A stretch of DNA of 64,000 nucleotides from Acidobacteriota bacterium. Its GTDB lineage: Bacteria > Acidobacteriota > Vicinamibacteria > Marinacidobacterales > Marinacidobacteraceae. The stretch covers positions 11,643-75,642 of the forward strand of contig JAJDUD010000008.1 of assembly GCA_022826825.1 (NCBI GenBank), written 5' to 3'. Each line of letters starts with the position of its first letter. Positions within the stretch are counted from its first letter, which is position 1. The notes beneath the pieces were generated by a model, which saw only the letters and a list, made by a program, of their open reading frames with translations, did not search any database and was not told the origin of the DNA. Both the position numbers and the translations under genes were made by a program. This document shows positions 47,332 through 57,432 of the stretch, piece after piece.

Positions 47332-48165
47332 ATGCGCTACGCCACCCTCCTCGTCCCCGGAAGGGGTGAAACCCCCGCCGCCGTCTCTCCGGACGGCGCC
47401 CGCTACCTCCCCCTCGACGGGCCCGGATCCCTGGCCGAGCGGTTGGGAAGCCCCCTGCCCCGGCCGGACACCGGCTGGGAGACCGCGCCCCGCATCGCCG
47501 ATGTCCGGTTCCTGCCCCTCATCCCCCGTCCGGGCGCGCTCTGGTGCGTGGGCCTCAACTACGAGGACCACCGGCTCGAAACGGGGCGGGCCAAGGCCGA
47601 CTATCCGACCCTCTTCACCCGGTTTCCGGCCAGCCTGGCCGGTCACGGGGAGGCGCTGGTGCGTCCGTCGGTCTCGCACCAGCTCGACTACGAAGCCGAG
47701 CTCGCGGTCGTGATCGGCCGAACCGCGCGGCACGTCGCCGAAGAGGCGGCGCTTGAATACGTGGCGGGCTACGCCTGCTTCAACGACGCCTCGGTGCGCG
47801 ACTACCAGGGACACAGCAGCCAGTTCGGCCCGGGGAAGAACTTCTGGCGGACGGGCGGGTTCGGTCCCTTCCTGGTCACTCCGGACGAAGTCCCCGATCC
47901 CCAGGACCTGGCGATCGGAACACGGCTGAACGGCGAGGTCGTCCAGCGGAGCCACACCTCGCAGATGACCTACCCGGTGCGCGAGCTGATCGCCTACCTC
48001 TCCCGGATCCACCCCCTGCATCCCGGGGACGTGATCGCCACCGGCACCCCGTCAGGCGTGGGGGTCGCCCGCGATCCCCAGCTCTTCATGAAGCCGGGCG
48101 ACACCGTTGAAGTGGAGATCGGAAGCGTTGGCGTGCTGCGGAACACGGTCGTTGACGAAGTCTGA
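47332..48165 (+). CDS. fumarylacetoacetate hydrolase (FAH) family protein, second copy in the window
   Basis: DYEAELAVVIGR and ATGTPSGVG, the canonical FAH-fold motifs. The in-frame ATG (MRYATLL) was chosen over the TTG at 47101. Confidence 0.7.
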   Translation: MRYATLLVPGRGETPAAVSPDGARYLPLDGPGSLAERLGSPLPRPDTGWETAPRIADVRFLPLIPRPGALWCVGLNYEDHRLETGRAKADYPTLFTRFPASLAGHGEALVRPSVSHQLDYEAELAVVIGRTARHVAEEAALEYVAGYACFNDASVRDYQGHSSQFGPGKNFWRTGGFGPFLVTPDEVPDPQDLAIGTRLNGEVVQRSHTSQMTYPVRELIAYLSRIHPLHPGDVIATGTPSGVGVARDPQLFMKPGDTVEVEIGSVGVLRNTVVDEV

Positions 48166-48186
48166 AACGGGCCCGGCGACGCTGGG

Positions 48187-48546
48187 TCAGGCGAACGGCA
48201 CGACCCGTGAACGGAGGATTCGCCGGTCGCGGGTGAGCAGGGGCACGCCGTAGGCCACGCTCGTGGCCGCAATCAGCTCGTCCGCAGGGTCGGCCCGGAA
48301 GTCCAGCCGGTTCATGGCGGCCGCCACCCGGAGATCGAGCGGCCAGACGTGGACCCGCTTCAGCCAGGACCGGAACTCCTGATCGTCCAGATCCACGGAA
48401 ATCCGCCCGAGCCGAGCCAGGGAGACGATCTCCCACAACACGATCGCGGCGATGCTCCACGGATGCGCCGCCAAAACGGCCTCTTCACGGGATCGGAGAT
48501 CGCCCGTGAACCCATGCAGCAGGACGTGGGTGTCAAGGTTGATCAT
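48187..48546 (-). CDS. vapC: PIN-domain toxin VapC
   Basis: MINLDTHVLL...: a 119-aa PIN domain with conserved acidic residues. Overlaps the upstream antitoxin gene by 14 nt. Confidence 0.7.
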   Translation of the reverse strand: MINLDTHVLLHGFTGDLRSREEAVLAAHPWSIAAIVLWEIVSLARLGRISVDLDDQEFRSWLKRVHVWPLDLRVAAAMNRLDFRADPADELIAATSVAYGVPLLTRDRRILRSRVVPFA

Positions 48547-48781
48547 CCGACTCCCAGGCGATCCCGGTGGAAAGGAGGTCGCCTTGAACCGTCATCTTCC
48601 CGCGCATGCAGCCAATGAGGGAAGCCGGGCTCGAGGGGTACGGGATCACGTGGGCGATCGGCCGGCCACGCCGGGTCAGGACGACTCCTTCGCTACCCAG
48701 CCGTTTCAACAACGCGAGGCAGTGAGCCTTGAACTCACTCACGGTGACCGTAGGAGGCGCAGTCGGCGTGTCATGGATCAT
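48533..48781 (-). CDS. Phd/YefM-type antitoxin
   Basis: 82 aa. TVTVSEFKAHCLALLKRL...GVVLTRRGRPIAHVIP matches the Phd/YefM fold consensus. Lies immediately upstream of vapC. Confidence 0.6.
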   Translation of the reverse strand: MIHDTPTAPPTVTVSEFKAHCLALLKRLGSEGVVLTRRGRPIAHVIPYPSSPASLIGCMRGKMTVQGDLLSTGIAWESDDQP

Positions 48782-48888
48782 GTTGCAGTCCCCGCGAGAA
48801 CGTCGAGATGGTCATGTATTGTGACCATTTCGGGATACCGGGTCAACGGCGCGGGGTTCGTGGCCGATGCCGAACGGGCGCCGCCCGG

Positions 48889-49887
48889 TCAGTAGCCGCG
48901 GCGCCGGTCCACCACGTTCCGGAGACGCCGCCCCGCAAAGAAGCGGGCCATGTTGTCGAGGGCGATCGAGAACACCAGCGGGATGTAGTTCTCGATGTCG
49001 TCCGCCCCCACGTGCGGCGTGATGAAGAGGTTGGGGGCGTCCCAGAGCGTGCTGTCCGGGGGATGCGGTTCCGGCCACACCACGTCGACAAAGGCGCCCC
49101 CGAGCCGCCCGCTCCGGAGCCCCGCTTCCAGCGCCGCCTGGTTGATCAGCCGGCCCCGGCCCAGGTTCACGATCCCCGCTCCTTCCGGCAGCAGCGCGAG
49201 TTCCTCTTCTCCGAGGATCTCCCGCGTGTCCGAAGTCAGGGGAGCGGCGAGCACCACGTAGTCGGCCCGCGGCAGGGCCGCCGGCAGTTCGCCGGGTCGG
49301 AACAGTTCGTCCACGAACCGATGGGGCCGGGCCGTGCGGCGGACTCCGAGGACCCGCATGCCGAGCGTGCGCGCGGCTTCCGCCGCGCCCGTCCCTACGG
49401 CGCCCAGCCCGATCACGAGCGCGGTCTTGCCGGGAAGGGTCCCGGTCTGGATCTTCTTCCAGGTCCGCGCCCGCTGGTGCTCGGCGAGCCGGGGGAGCCG
49501 CGTGTGGAGGGCGATGAGCCCCATCAGGACGTACTCGAAGGACTTCTTCGTGTGGACACCGCTCGCGGTGATCAGCTTCACGCCGGCCGGGAGCCAGTCC
49601 AGCGGGTACAGGTGGTCCACCCCGGCGCCGATGAGCTGCACCCAGCGGAGCTTCGGGGCGCGGTCGCCGAGACCCGGCCGCGGGAACTTCCAGCCGATGA
49701 GCACATCCGCGTCGCGAACTCCCTGGACGAAGCCGGCCTCGTCATCCGAATAGGTGGGACGGAGGCGGCGGAAGGCGTCCGGAAACGCCCTTCCCGCGTT
49801 CTCGAAGCGCTCCCGGTCCAGCCGGTAGTGGCCGGATTCGCTCGGGTCGGTCGCCAGGTGAACGCGGAGGGTCTCGGGAATGCTCAT
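48889..49887 (-). CDS. D-isomer-specific 2-hydroxyacid dehydrogenase family, NAD-binding
   Basis: GLGAVGTGAA Rossmann motif, catalytic R/E/H arrangement (ITPHVG), 332 aa. Confidence 0.75.
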   Translation of the reverse strand: MSIPETLRVHLATDPSESGHYRLDRERFENAGRAFPDAFRRLRPTYSDDEAGFVQGVRDADVLIGWKFPRPGLGDRAPKLRWVQLIGAGVDHLYPLDWLPAGVKLITASGVHTKKSFEYVLMGLIALHTRLPRLAEHQRARTWKKIQTGTLPGKTALVIGLGAVGTGAAEAARTLGMRVLGVRRTARPHRFVDELFRPGELPAALPRADYVVLAAPLTSDTREILGEEELALLPEGAGIVNLGRGRLINQAALEAGLRSGRLGGAFVDVVWPEPHPPDSTLWDAPNLFITPHVGADDIENYIPLVFSIALDNMARFFAGRRLRNVVDRRRGY

Positions 49888-49961
49888 GAGGGGCGGGGTC
49901 CTTTCGCCGATGGGCCGGCAGCCCGGTAGCGATGGAGAGACTAAGCCAGCACAATGCGCCG

Positions 49962-51728
49962 ATGGCTGACACTCGTTCCTCCTCCTCTTTCGCGCCGCCG
50001 CCGGGACCGGAGCGGCTCGCCTGGAACCGGCGCCGGTTCATGGCCGGGCTCTCCGGGCTGGGGCTCGGCTCCACCCTGCTTCCCGGAGCGCTCACCGCCT
50101 GCGCGGGAGATGCGGACACCGTGTCGGTCGGGATGCTGCGCACCGCCCAGCAACTCGCCGGGCTGGAGTTCTCCGACGACGAACTCTCGTTGGTGGCCGA
50201 GCGGCTGAACGGAGAGCGCAGCCCGCTGGACGCCTACCAGGGCATCCGGGATCCGGAGATCCACAACCACCAGCCGCCGTCGTTCGTGTTCCATCCGCTC
50301 CCCCCGGGCAAGCCGATGCCGGAAACGGCCGGCGGAATGCAGCCGTCCCGGCCGGAGGTGTCCCGTCCCGAGTCCGATACCGACCTCGCCTTCCTTCCGG
50401 TCACCCACCTTGCCCGGCTCGTGGAGACCCGCCAGGTCACCTCCACGGAACTCACGGAGCTCTACCTCGCACGGCTCAAGGAGTTCGACCCGGTCCTGCT
50501 CTGCGTGGTCAACCTGACCGAGGATCTCGCCCGGGAGCAGGCGGCGCGCGCCGACGAGGAGATTGCCGCCGGCAACTACCGCGGGCCGCTCCACGGAATC
50601 CCGTGGGGCGCGAAAGACCTGCTCGCGGTCAAGGGGACGAAGACCACCTGGGGCGCCACTCCGTACCGGGAACAGGCGATCGAGGAGGACGCCACCGTCT
50701 ATACGAAGCTCACGGAAGCAGGCGCCGTGCTCGTCGCCAAGCTGACGATGGGCGCGCTGGCGTCGGGAGACCGCTGGTTCGGCGGCCGGACCCGGAATCC
50801 CTGGAACACCGAACAGGGATCGAGCGGCTCCTCCGCCGGACCGGGATCGGCGACCGCCGCCGGCCTGGTGGGGTTCTCCATCGGCACCGAGACGCGCGGT
50901 TCCATCATCTCGCCCTCGACCCGGAACGGCATCACGGGGCACCGGCCGACCTTCGGCCGGGTGAGCCGGGCGGGCGCCATGGCGCTCTCCTGGACCATGG
51001 ACAAGATCGGGCCCATGTGCCGGAGCGCCGAGGACTGCGCGCTGGTGTTCGAGGCCATCCGCGGCGCCGACGATCTGGACCGCGCGGTCCAGGACCCGCC
51101 CTTCGCGTGGGACGCGTCCGCGGATCCCACGGCGCTCCGGGTGGGGTACGACCGGGCGGCGGTCGAGGACGAGATCGAGGACGATCCGGAAGATCCGGAT
51201 CAGGTGGCGGCCCGCCGCACGGCGCAGGAGAACACGCGGGCGGCGATCGAAGTCCTGCGCGGGGCGGGAATCACCATTACCCCGTTCGACCTCCCCGAAC
51301 TCGACTGGAACGACCTCTCCTTCGTACTGTCCGCCGAGTCCGCCGCCGCCCACGACGCGCTGGCCCGGAGCGGCGCCGACCTCGCCATGAAGGAACCCCC
51401 GGAGGAGAGCCGCTGGCCGGATACGTTCCGCACGTACCGGTTCGTCCCCGCGGTGGAGTACATCCAGGCGATGCGGGTGCGGACCCGGATCATGCGCGAG
51501 TTCGACGCAGCGTTCGGAGACCTGGACCTCTTCATCGGGTCGAACCTGGGCCTTACCAACCTGACCGGACATCCCGAGGTCTGCATGCCGAACGGTTACC
51601 ACGAGGGGTCGCCGACGAGCCTGCGCATGACCGGGAAGCTCTACGGAGACACGGAGATCCTGACGCTCGCGCACGCGTATCAGCAACTGACCGACTTCCA
51701 CCTCAGGAAGCCGCCGGTAGGTGGGTAG
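49962..51728 (+). CDS. Tat-exported amidase-signature (AS) family amidase
   Basis: Twin-arginine signal NRRRFMAGLSGLGLGS. The AS region GGSSGGSAAAV is present as GSSGSSAGPGSAT, and the catalytic Ser-cisSer-Lys context (KDLLAVKG) is present. Confidence 0.75.
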   Translation: MADTRSSSSFAPPPGPERLAWNRRRFMAGLSGLGLGSTLLPGALTACAGDADTVSVGMLRTAQQLAGLEFSDDELSLVAERLNGERSPLDAYQGIRDPEIHNHQPPSFVFHPLPPGKPMPETAGGMQPSRPEVSRPESDTDLAFLPVTHLARLVETRQVTSTELTELYLARLKEFDPVLLCVVNLTEDLAREQAARADEEIAAGNYRGPLHGIPWGAKDLLAVKGTKTTWGATPYREQAIEEDATVYTKLTEAGAVLVAKLTMGALASGDRWFGGRTRNPWNTEQGSSGSSAGPGSATAAGLVGFSIGTETRGSIISPSTRNGITGHRPTFGRVSRAGAMALSWTMDKIGPMCRSAEDCALVFEAIRGADDLDRAVQDPPFAWDASADPTALRVGYDRAAVEDEIEDDPEDPDQVAARRTAQENTRAAIEVLRGAGITITPFDLPELDWNDLSFVLSAESAAAHDALARSGADLAMKEPPEESRWPDTFRTYRFVPAVEYIQAMRVRTRIMREFDAAFGDLDLFIGSNLGLTNLTGHPEVCMPNGYHEGSPTSLRMTGKLYGDTEILTLAHAYQQLTDFHLRKPPVGG

Positions 51729-51746
51729 CAGCGCCAGGGAGCGCGA

Positions 51747-52310
51747 GGAGCGCCGGTGTTCACACCGGCATCGCCCCGCGCCGCGGGGCGAAACTCCCGC
51801 CGCCATTCCTCCGCAGGTCGCGGCGCGCGACTGGGACGGCGCAGCGCCGTCGGGCAACATCCAACGACGTTTCGCCGTCCACGATGGAGCCCACGTGATG
51901 CGGAAGCAGAGCCGGGGGAGTTTCGTGGCCTGCGGCCACGATGCCGCACCCCCACCGGGATAAACACCCATGCGCGCGTCCTCCTACGCACCCCGCTTGT
52001 CATGAAAACAGCGGAAACGGCTGGGAACGCCGACCTCCGGTCGGCACAGCGGGCCGAAGGCCCGCGGACGACGTGCCGCTAATCGTCTCGGGCGACAGAG
52101 GTCCGGGAGCGTCCCCTTCGCCCGGTTGCACCGAGAGAGAACCATCCCGCAGGTCGGCGCCCCGCCGTGCGCTGCGCGGTCGCGCAGCGCGTGCCGACCA
52201 GAGGTCGGCGTTCCAAGCCGGCGGCGCCATCACGGCGGTTCACCGACCCGCCGGACTGCATTTTCACAGCAACTGGGCCTCGCCGCTCTCGGCGCTCACG
52301 TCACTTTCTC
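51747..52310. mobile_element. compound repeat: a right-truncated MITE copy followed by a B-module copy, the latter nearly identical to 9230-9545
   Basis: Starts GGAGCGCCGGTGTTCACACCGGCATCGCCCCGCGCCGCGGGGCGAAACTCCC about 20 nt after the amidase TAG. The second half GCGGAAACGGCTGGGAACGCCGACCTCCGGTCGGCACAGCGGGCCGAAGGCCCGCGG...CTGCATTTTCACAGCAACTGG matches the copy at 9.2-9.5 kb. Confidence 0.6.
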
Positions 52311-52381
52311 CACAGGCTGTTAAGGCTGCTCGTCCGGATGGCGCCGCCCGCCTGCGTCACTCCCGTGAGTACGATTGCCCG

Positions 52382-53449
52382 GTGCCCCGAATCCTCCTCC
52401 TGACGCCGCTCCTTCTCGTGGCGGCCGCGGTTCTCCCGGCCGGCGCCCAGCCAGAACTCCCACCCGAAGAAACCGTCTTCCACACGTTCTCCATCGCGGC
52501 CGTCGACCCCGAGACCGGTGAATCCGGGGTCGCGGTGACGACCCGGAACCCGTGCGTCGCGAACGGGGTCCCCTGGGTGCGGGTCGGCGTGGGCGCCGTC
52601 GCCACCCAGGCGCGGACGCGCACCCAGTACGGCGAGGAACTGCTCAGCCGGCTGGCCGCCGGGATGTCGGCGGAGGAAGCTCTCCGCGAGCGCCTCGCCG
52701 AGGACGAGGGGGCTCCCTATCGGCAGGTCGGCGTGGTGGGCCTTTCCGGCGGGGTGGCCCAGCACACCGGTTCCGAGGCGCGCTACTGGGCGGGACACCG
52801 GTCCGGGCCGGACTACGCGGCGCAGGGGAACCTGCTCGTCGGTCCCGAGGTGGTGGACGCGGTGGCCGAGGACTTCGAGGGCACGCGGGGCAGCGGACTC
52901 TCCCTCGCGGACCGCCTGGTCTCCGCCCTCGAGGCCGGCCAGGCGGCGGGTGGCGACGCCCGGCGCGGCCGCCGCCAGTCGGCGGGAGTCCTGGTGGCGG
53001 ATCCCCGTGAGGGCGGATCGCGGCGCGACGACGGCATCTCCACGCACATCAACGTCTGCGAGCACGCGACGCCGGTCGCCGAACTCCGCCGCATCCACGA
53101 CGCGGTGAGCCAGAAGCTCGGCTACCGGACGCTCACCATGTTCGCCGGCAGCGACGTCGTGCAGCTCCGGGTCCTGATCTCGGAAGGCGGCTGCGCGGCG
53201 GATGCCGACCTGGTCGGGGAGGACGGGGACCTCGGGAGTCCCGCCCTCCGGATCTTCGACGCGGACCTTGCCGGCGCGGTGGACGCCTGCCGGGAGGCGT
53301 TCGGACTTTCGACTCCCGAGAGCGGCGGCTCCCCCGCCGGATTCGCGGACCGCGAGTTCGTGGACCGCCTCTGGGAGCTGGTGGAGTCGAGGGAGCTCGG
53401 CGACGCGGTGCGGCGCCGCCTCGCTCCCCTCCGCCGCATCACCCGCTGA
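52382..53449 (+). CDS. secreted DUF1028-family (Ntn-hydrolase-like) protein
   Basis: A GTG start gives the signal [50 protein letters not shown] matches the DUF1028 N-terminal core. Confidence 0.55.
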   Translation: MPRILLLTPLLLVAAAVLPAGAQPELPPEETVFHTFSIAAVDPETGESGVAVTTRNPCVANGVPWVRVGVGAVATQARTRTQYGEELLSRLAAGMSAEEALRERLAEDEGAPYRQVGVVGLSGGVAQHTGSEARYWAGHRSGPDYAAQGNLLVGPEVVDAVAEDFEGTRGSGLSLADRLVSALEAGQAAGGDARRGRRQSAGVLVADPREGGSRRDDGISTHINVCEHATPVAELRRIHDAVSQKLGYRTLTMFAGSDVVQLRVLISEGGCAADADLVGEDGDLGSPALRIFDADLAGAVDACREAFGLSTPESGGSPAGFADREFVDRLWELVESRELGDAVRRRLAPLRRITR

Positions 53450-53478
53450 ACGAATCGCCCGAGCCCGGAGGAAGCCGA

Positions 53479-54555
53479 ATGCCCCAGACCGCCGCCGGAC
53501 GCCCGGTCCGGATCGACCTGCGCAGCGACACCGTCTCGCTCCCGACCCCGGAAATGCGGGCGGCGATGGCCGCCGCCGAGGTCGGCGACGACGTGTACGG
53601 CGACGACCCCTCGGTCCGCCGTCTCGAGGAGCGCACCGCCGAAGTCCTGGGCAAGGACGCCGCGGTCTTCACGCCCACGGGCACGATGAGCAACCAGATC
53701 GCCATCCGCTGCCAGACGGAGCCGGGGGACTTGGTCCTCGCCGAACGGCGGGCCCACGCCTACCTGGTCGAGAGCGGCGGTCCCGCCGCGCTCTCGGGCG
53801 CCACCATCGTGGGGCTGGAAGGGGAACGAGGCGTCTTCTCGGCCGAGCAGGTTCGGGCGGCGGTGCGGACGCCGCACCCGATGGTGCCGGACGCCTGCTA
53901 TCCGGTGGCCCGACTGCTCGCCGCCGAGAACACGCACAACGGGGCCGGCGGCGCGGTCTGGCCGCTCGATGTCCTGCAGGACGTCGCGGACACCGCGCGG
54001 GGCCTCGGCCTCGGCACCCACCTCGACGGAGCGCGCCTCTGGCACGCCACCGCGGCCACCGGCATCCCCGAGAGCCGCTACGCCAGCGGTTTCGACACGG
54101 TGAGCGTCTGTTTCTCCAAGGGGCTCGGTGCGCCGATGGGTTCCTGCCTCGCGGGTCCCGCGCCCCTGATCCGGCGGGCGCGCCGCTTCCGCCAGCTCTT
54201 CGGCGGCGGTTTCCGCCAGGCCGGCATCGTCGCGGCGGGCGCCCTCCATGCCCTCGAACACCACCGGGAACGGCTCCCCGAGGACCACCGCCGGGCGCGC
54301 CGGCTGGCCGAAGGGCTGGGCGAACTGTCCGGGACCTCCGTGGACGTGGACGGGGTGGAGACGAACATCGTCCGTTTCCGGACCCCGGGGATGAACGCCT
54401 TCCGGCTCGCCGAAGGGCTGCTCGACCGCGGTATTGCGGTGCTGCCGGCGACGCCGGACGCCATGCGGGTCATCCCGCACCTGGGCATCTCCGACGAGGA
54501 CGTCGAGGAGGCGCTCGGCGCCTTCGCCGAGGTCCTGAGCGCGGTCCCCGCGTAG
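53479..54555 (+). CDS. ltaE: low-specificity L-threonine aldolase / beta-eliminating lyase family PLP enzyme
   Basis: [14 protein letters not shown] is the canonical LtaE N-terminus. [11 protein letters not shown] holds the PLP-lysine. Confidence 0.7.
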   Translation: MPQTAAGRPVRIDLRSDTVSLPTPEMRAAMAAAEVGDDVYGDDPSVRRLEERTAEVLGKDAAVFTPTGTMSNQIAIRCQTEPGDLVLAERRAHAYLVESGGPAALSGATIVGLEGERGVFSAEQVRAAVRTPHPMVPDACYPVARLLAAENTHNGAGGAVWPLDVLQDVADTARGLGLGTHLDGARLWHATAATGIPESRYASGFDTVSVCFSKGLGAPMGSCLAGPAPLIRRARRFRQLFGGGFRQAGIVAAGALHALEHHRERLPEDHRRARRLAEGLGELSGTSVDVDGVETNIVRFRTPGMNAFRLAEGLLDRGIAVLPATPDAMRVIPHLGISDEDVEEALGAFAEVLSAVPA

Positions 54556-54569
54556 GGCTCGCCGAACTC

Positions 54570-54790
54570 CGGCAGCCACCGTGGCGCGCCGGCTTGGAAC
54601 GCCGGCCTCCGGCCGGCACGCGCTGGCCGCAAGGCCAGTGCACGGCGCTCGTTGCTTACCCTCACGGGCCCTCCGAATCCATAGGGAGCGCCGGTTCGGC
54701 CTGGCTCACGCGCACCGGAAGAACGGGCCCGGCCTCCGCCGGTTTGAGGGGCCGAAACGCGCCCGGAACGTGCTACCGTCCGCCGCTCGT
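54570..54790. repeat. degenerate copy of the palindromic repeat family, reverse orientation
   Basis: GCGCCGGCTTGGAACGCCGGCCTCCGGCCGGCAC is the reverse-complement counterpart of GTCGGCGTTCCAAGCCGGCGGCGCC. Also contains GGGAGCGCCGGTTCGGCC. Confidence 0.3.
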
Positions 54791-56799
54791 TGAGCGACTC
54801 CACCGCGTCCCGCCGCCCGTTCGACGAGGTCGATGCGCAGGCGATCGCCGCCATCCGGGGGCTCGGCATCGACGCGGTCGAGAAGGCGAATTCCGGCCAT
54901 CCGGGCCTGCCCATGGGAGCGGCTCCCATGGCCTGGGTGCTCTGGAGCCGCCATCTCAGGACGTGCCCGAGCGATCCCGACTGGCCGGACCGGGACCGCT
55001 TCGTCCTCTCGGCGGGCCACGGCTCGATGCTGCTCTACGCCCTGCTGCATCTCGCGGGCTATCCGGTGAGCCTCGACGACATCCGGGACTTCCGGCAGTG
55101 GGAAAGCCGCACCCCGGGGCATCCGGAGACGTTCGCGACCCCGGGAGTCGAGGCGACCACCGGGCCGCTCGGGCAGGGGGCGGGGAACTCGGTGGGCATG
55201 GCCATTGCCGAGCGGGCGCTCCGCGCGCGGTTCCCGGGGCTCGTGAACCACCGGGTGTTCGCGCTGGTTTCCGATGGCGACCTGATGGAGGGGGTGGCGT
55301 GCGAAGCGGCTTCGCTCGCCGGGCAACTCGGGCTCGGGCGGCTGGTGTGGCTCTACGACCAGAACGACGTCACCCTCGACGGACCGGCCTCGCTCTCCTT
55401 CTCGGTGGAGGACGTGGCGGCCCGCCACCGCGCGCTCGGCTGGCACGTGCAGACCGTTGCCGACGGCAACCACGATCTGGACGGGATCGACGCGGCGATC
55501 GCGGCCGCGGTGGCCGAGAGCGAGCGGCCGTCGCTCGTCGTGGTGAACACGACCATCGGCTACGGCGCCCCCAACAAGGCCGGGACTTCGGCCGCCCACG
55601 GGGCTCCGCTGGGTGTGGGCGAGGCGGCCGCCGCCAAGGCGGCGCTGGGGCTCGACCCGGAGACGGCCTTCGCCGTTCCGGAGGGGGTCCGCGAGCGCTG
55701 CGCGGATCGGGCCGGACAGGGAAGGGCCGCGCGGAACGCGTGGTACGGGAGGCTGGCTCACGCTCGGGCGGAGGCGCCGCAACGGGCCGCCGAACTGGAG
55801 CGTCGCCTCCAGAAGGGGCTGCCGGACGGCTGGGATGAAGGGCTTCCGGCCTTCGGTCCCGAGGACCGGCTCGCCACCCGGGACGCGTCCGGGAAGACCA
55901 TGAACGCCCTGGCGGCGCGGGTCCCGGAGTTCTTCGGCGGCGACGCGGACCTTTCGTGTTCCACGAAGACGGCGCTCGCGGGCCTCGGCTCCCAGTCCGC
56001 CGCCGACGCCGGCGGCCGCAACCTCCACTACGGCGTCCGCGAGCACGCGATGGGCGCCGCGGCGAACGGAATCGCCTATCACGGCGGGTTCCGCACCTTC
56101 GCCTCCACGTTCTTCTGCTTCGCCGACTACATGCGGCCCTCGGTGCGGCTGGCGGCGCTCTCGGGGCTGCCGGTGGTCTACGTCTGGACGCACGACTCGG
56201 TGGGGGTGGGCGAAGACGGCCCGACGCATCAGCCCGTCGAGCACCTCATGTCGCTCCGCGCCATGCCGAACCTCCACGTGGTCCGTCCTGCCGACGCGAA
56301 CGAGACGGTGGAGGCGTGGCGCCACGCGCTGCGCCGCACCGTGGGGCCGACCGCGCTGGTCCTGACCCGGCAGAAGGTGCCGACCCTGACCACCCCGGAA
56401 CGGGCCTCGGGCCTGCAGCGCGGCGGCTACGTGCTCCGGAACCCGGCGTCGGCGCTCCGGGCGGTGGTGATCGCCACCGGCTCCGAGGTGTCGCTCGCGG
56501 TCGCCGCCGCGGAGCGGCTCGATGCCGAGGGTCTCGGGGTCCGGGTGGTGTCCCTGCCGTGCTGGGAGCTGTTCGAGGCGCAGAGTCCGGCGTATCGGGA
56601 GAGCGTGCTGCCGGCCGGGATCCCGCGCGTCGCGGTGGAGGCCGGCGCAACGCTCGGCTGGGAGCGCTACGTGGGGCGCGGCCCGGTCGTCGGCGTGGAC
56701 CGCTTCGGCGCCTCCGCCCCCGGCGCCGAGGTCGCGGCGCGGCTCGGCCTCACCGAAGACGCGGTCGCCGCCGCCGCCCGGTCCGCGGTCGGCAGCTAG
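54790..56799 (+). CDS. tkt: transketolase
   Basis: 669 aa. N-terminal ThDP motif ...[14 protein letters not shown]..., a GDG-x-MEG ThDP-binding stretch ([14 protein letters not shown]) and a transketolase C-terminal domain. Confidence 0.85.
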   Translation: MSDSTASRRPFDEVDAQAIAAIRGLGIDAVEKANSGHPGLPMGAAPMAWVLWSRHLRTCPSDPDWPDRDRFVLSAGHGSMLLYALLHLAGYPVSLDDIRDFRQWESRTPGHPETFATPGVEATTGPLGQGAGNSVGMAIAERALRARFPGLVNHRVFALVSDGDLMEGVACEAASLAGQLGLGRLVWLYDQNDVTLDGPASLSFSVEDVAARHRALGWHVQTVADGNHDLDGIDAAIAAAVAESERPSLVVVNTTIGYGAPNKAGTSAAHGAPLGVGEAAAAKAALGLDPETAFAVPEGVRERCADRAGQGRAARNAWYGRLAHARAEAPQRAAELERRLQKGLPDGWDEGLPAFGPEDRLATRDASGKTMNALAARVPEFFGGDADLSCSTKTALAGLGSQSAADAGGRNLHYGVREHAMGAAANGIAYHGGFRTFASTFFCFADYMRPSVRLAALSGLPVVYVWTHDSVGVGEDGPTHQPVEHLMSLRAMPNLHVVRPADANETVEAWRHALRRTVGPTALVLTRQKVPTLTTPERASGLQRGGYVLRNPASALRAVVIATGSEVSLAVAAAERLDAEGLGVRVVSLPCWELFEAQSPAYRESVLPAGIPRVAVEAGATLGWERYVGRGPVVGVDRFGASAPGAEVAARLGLTEDAVAAAARSAVGS

Positions 56800-56806
56800 C
56801 GGCAGC

Positions 56807-57420
56807 GGAGCGCCGGTCTCCGACCGGCATCGCCCGCGCAGCGGGCGAAACTCCCGGGCTTCCCTTCGCCGCATGGCGCCCTCGCCCAAGGGAACGGCGC
56901 AGCGACAACTGCGCGCGCGTACATCGCGACAGGACCGAAGTTTCGCGGCCTGCGGCCGCGATGCCGGTCGGAGACCGGCGCTCCACTGCTGCGCGCGCTT
57001 GGTGCGGGGCGGCGTTGTGGTGGTGGGGGGAGTGTGACAAGCGTGAATGGCGGCGTGCGGGTATCGCGGCCCGCGGGGGCCACGAAACCGCGTTCCGACA
57101 ATCCGCCCGAAGTGCGCACGGCAGTGGAGCGCCGGTCTCCGACCGGCATCGCCCGCGCAGCGGGCGAAACTCCCGGGCTTCCTTTTGCCGCATGGCGCCC
57201 TCGCCCAAGGGAACGGCGCAGCGACAACTGCGCGCGCGTACGTCACTTCGTCGTCTTCGTTTCGGGTATCCGCGACGGGGCCGGAGTTTCGCGGCCAGCG
57301 GCCGCGCTGTCGGTCGGAGACCGGCCCACCCCGACCGCGCGCGCTTGGCGCGGGGGAGTGTGGTGGTGGTGGGCGGGGGGTGACGAGCGTGAATGGCGGC
57401 GGGAGGGTGTCCGCCAACTC
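56807..57420. mobile_element. tandem duplication (two units of ~318 bp) of the MITE plus about 140 bp of flank
   Basis: Unit 1 runs 56807-57124 (intact TIRs GGAGCGCCGGTCTCCGACCGGCATCGC...GCGATGCCGGTCGGAGACCGGCGCTCC). Unit 2 runs 57125-57420 (degenerate right TIR). Both are followed by TGCGCGCGCTTGG(T/C)GCGGGG...GTGGTGGTGGG...GTGA(C)AAGCGTGAATGGCGGCG. Starts 8 nt after the tkt TAG. Confidence 0.65.
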
Positions 57421-57432
57421 GACCAGGCAGCC

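Noticed and set aside
56807-57420. CRISPR array, suggested by the repeated palindromic units
   Set aside because: Only two large (~318 bp) tandem units whose spacers are identical flank sequence. There is no short regular repeat-spacer periodicity and there are no cas genes.
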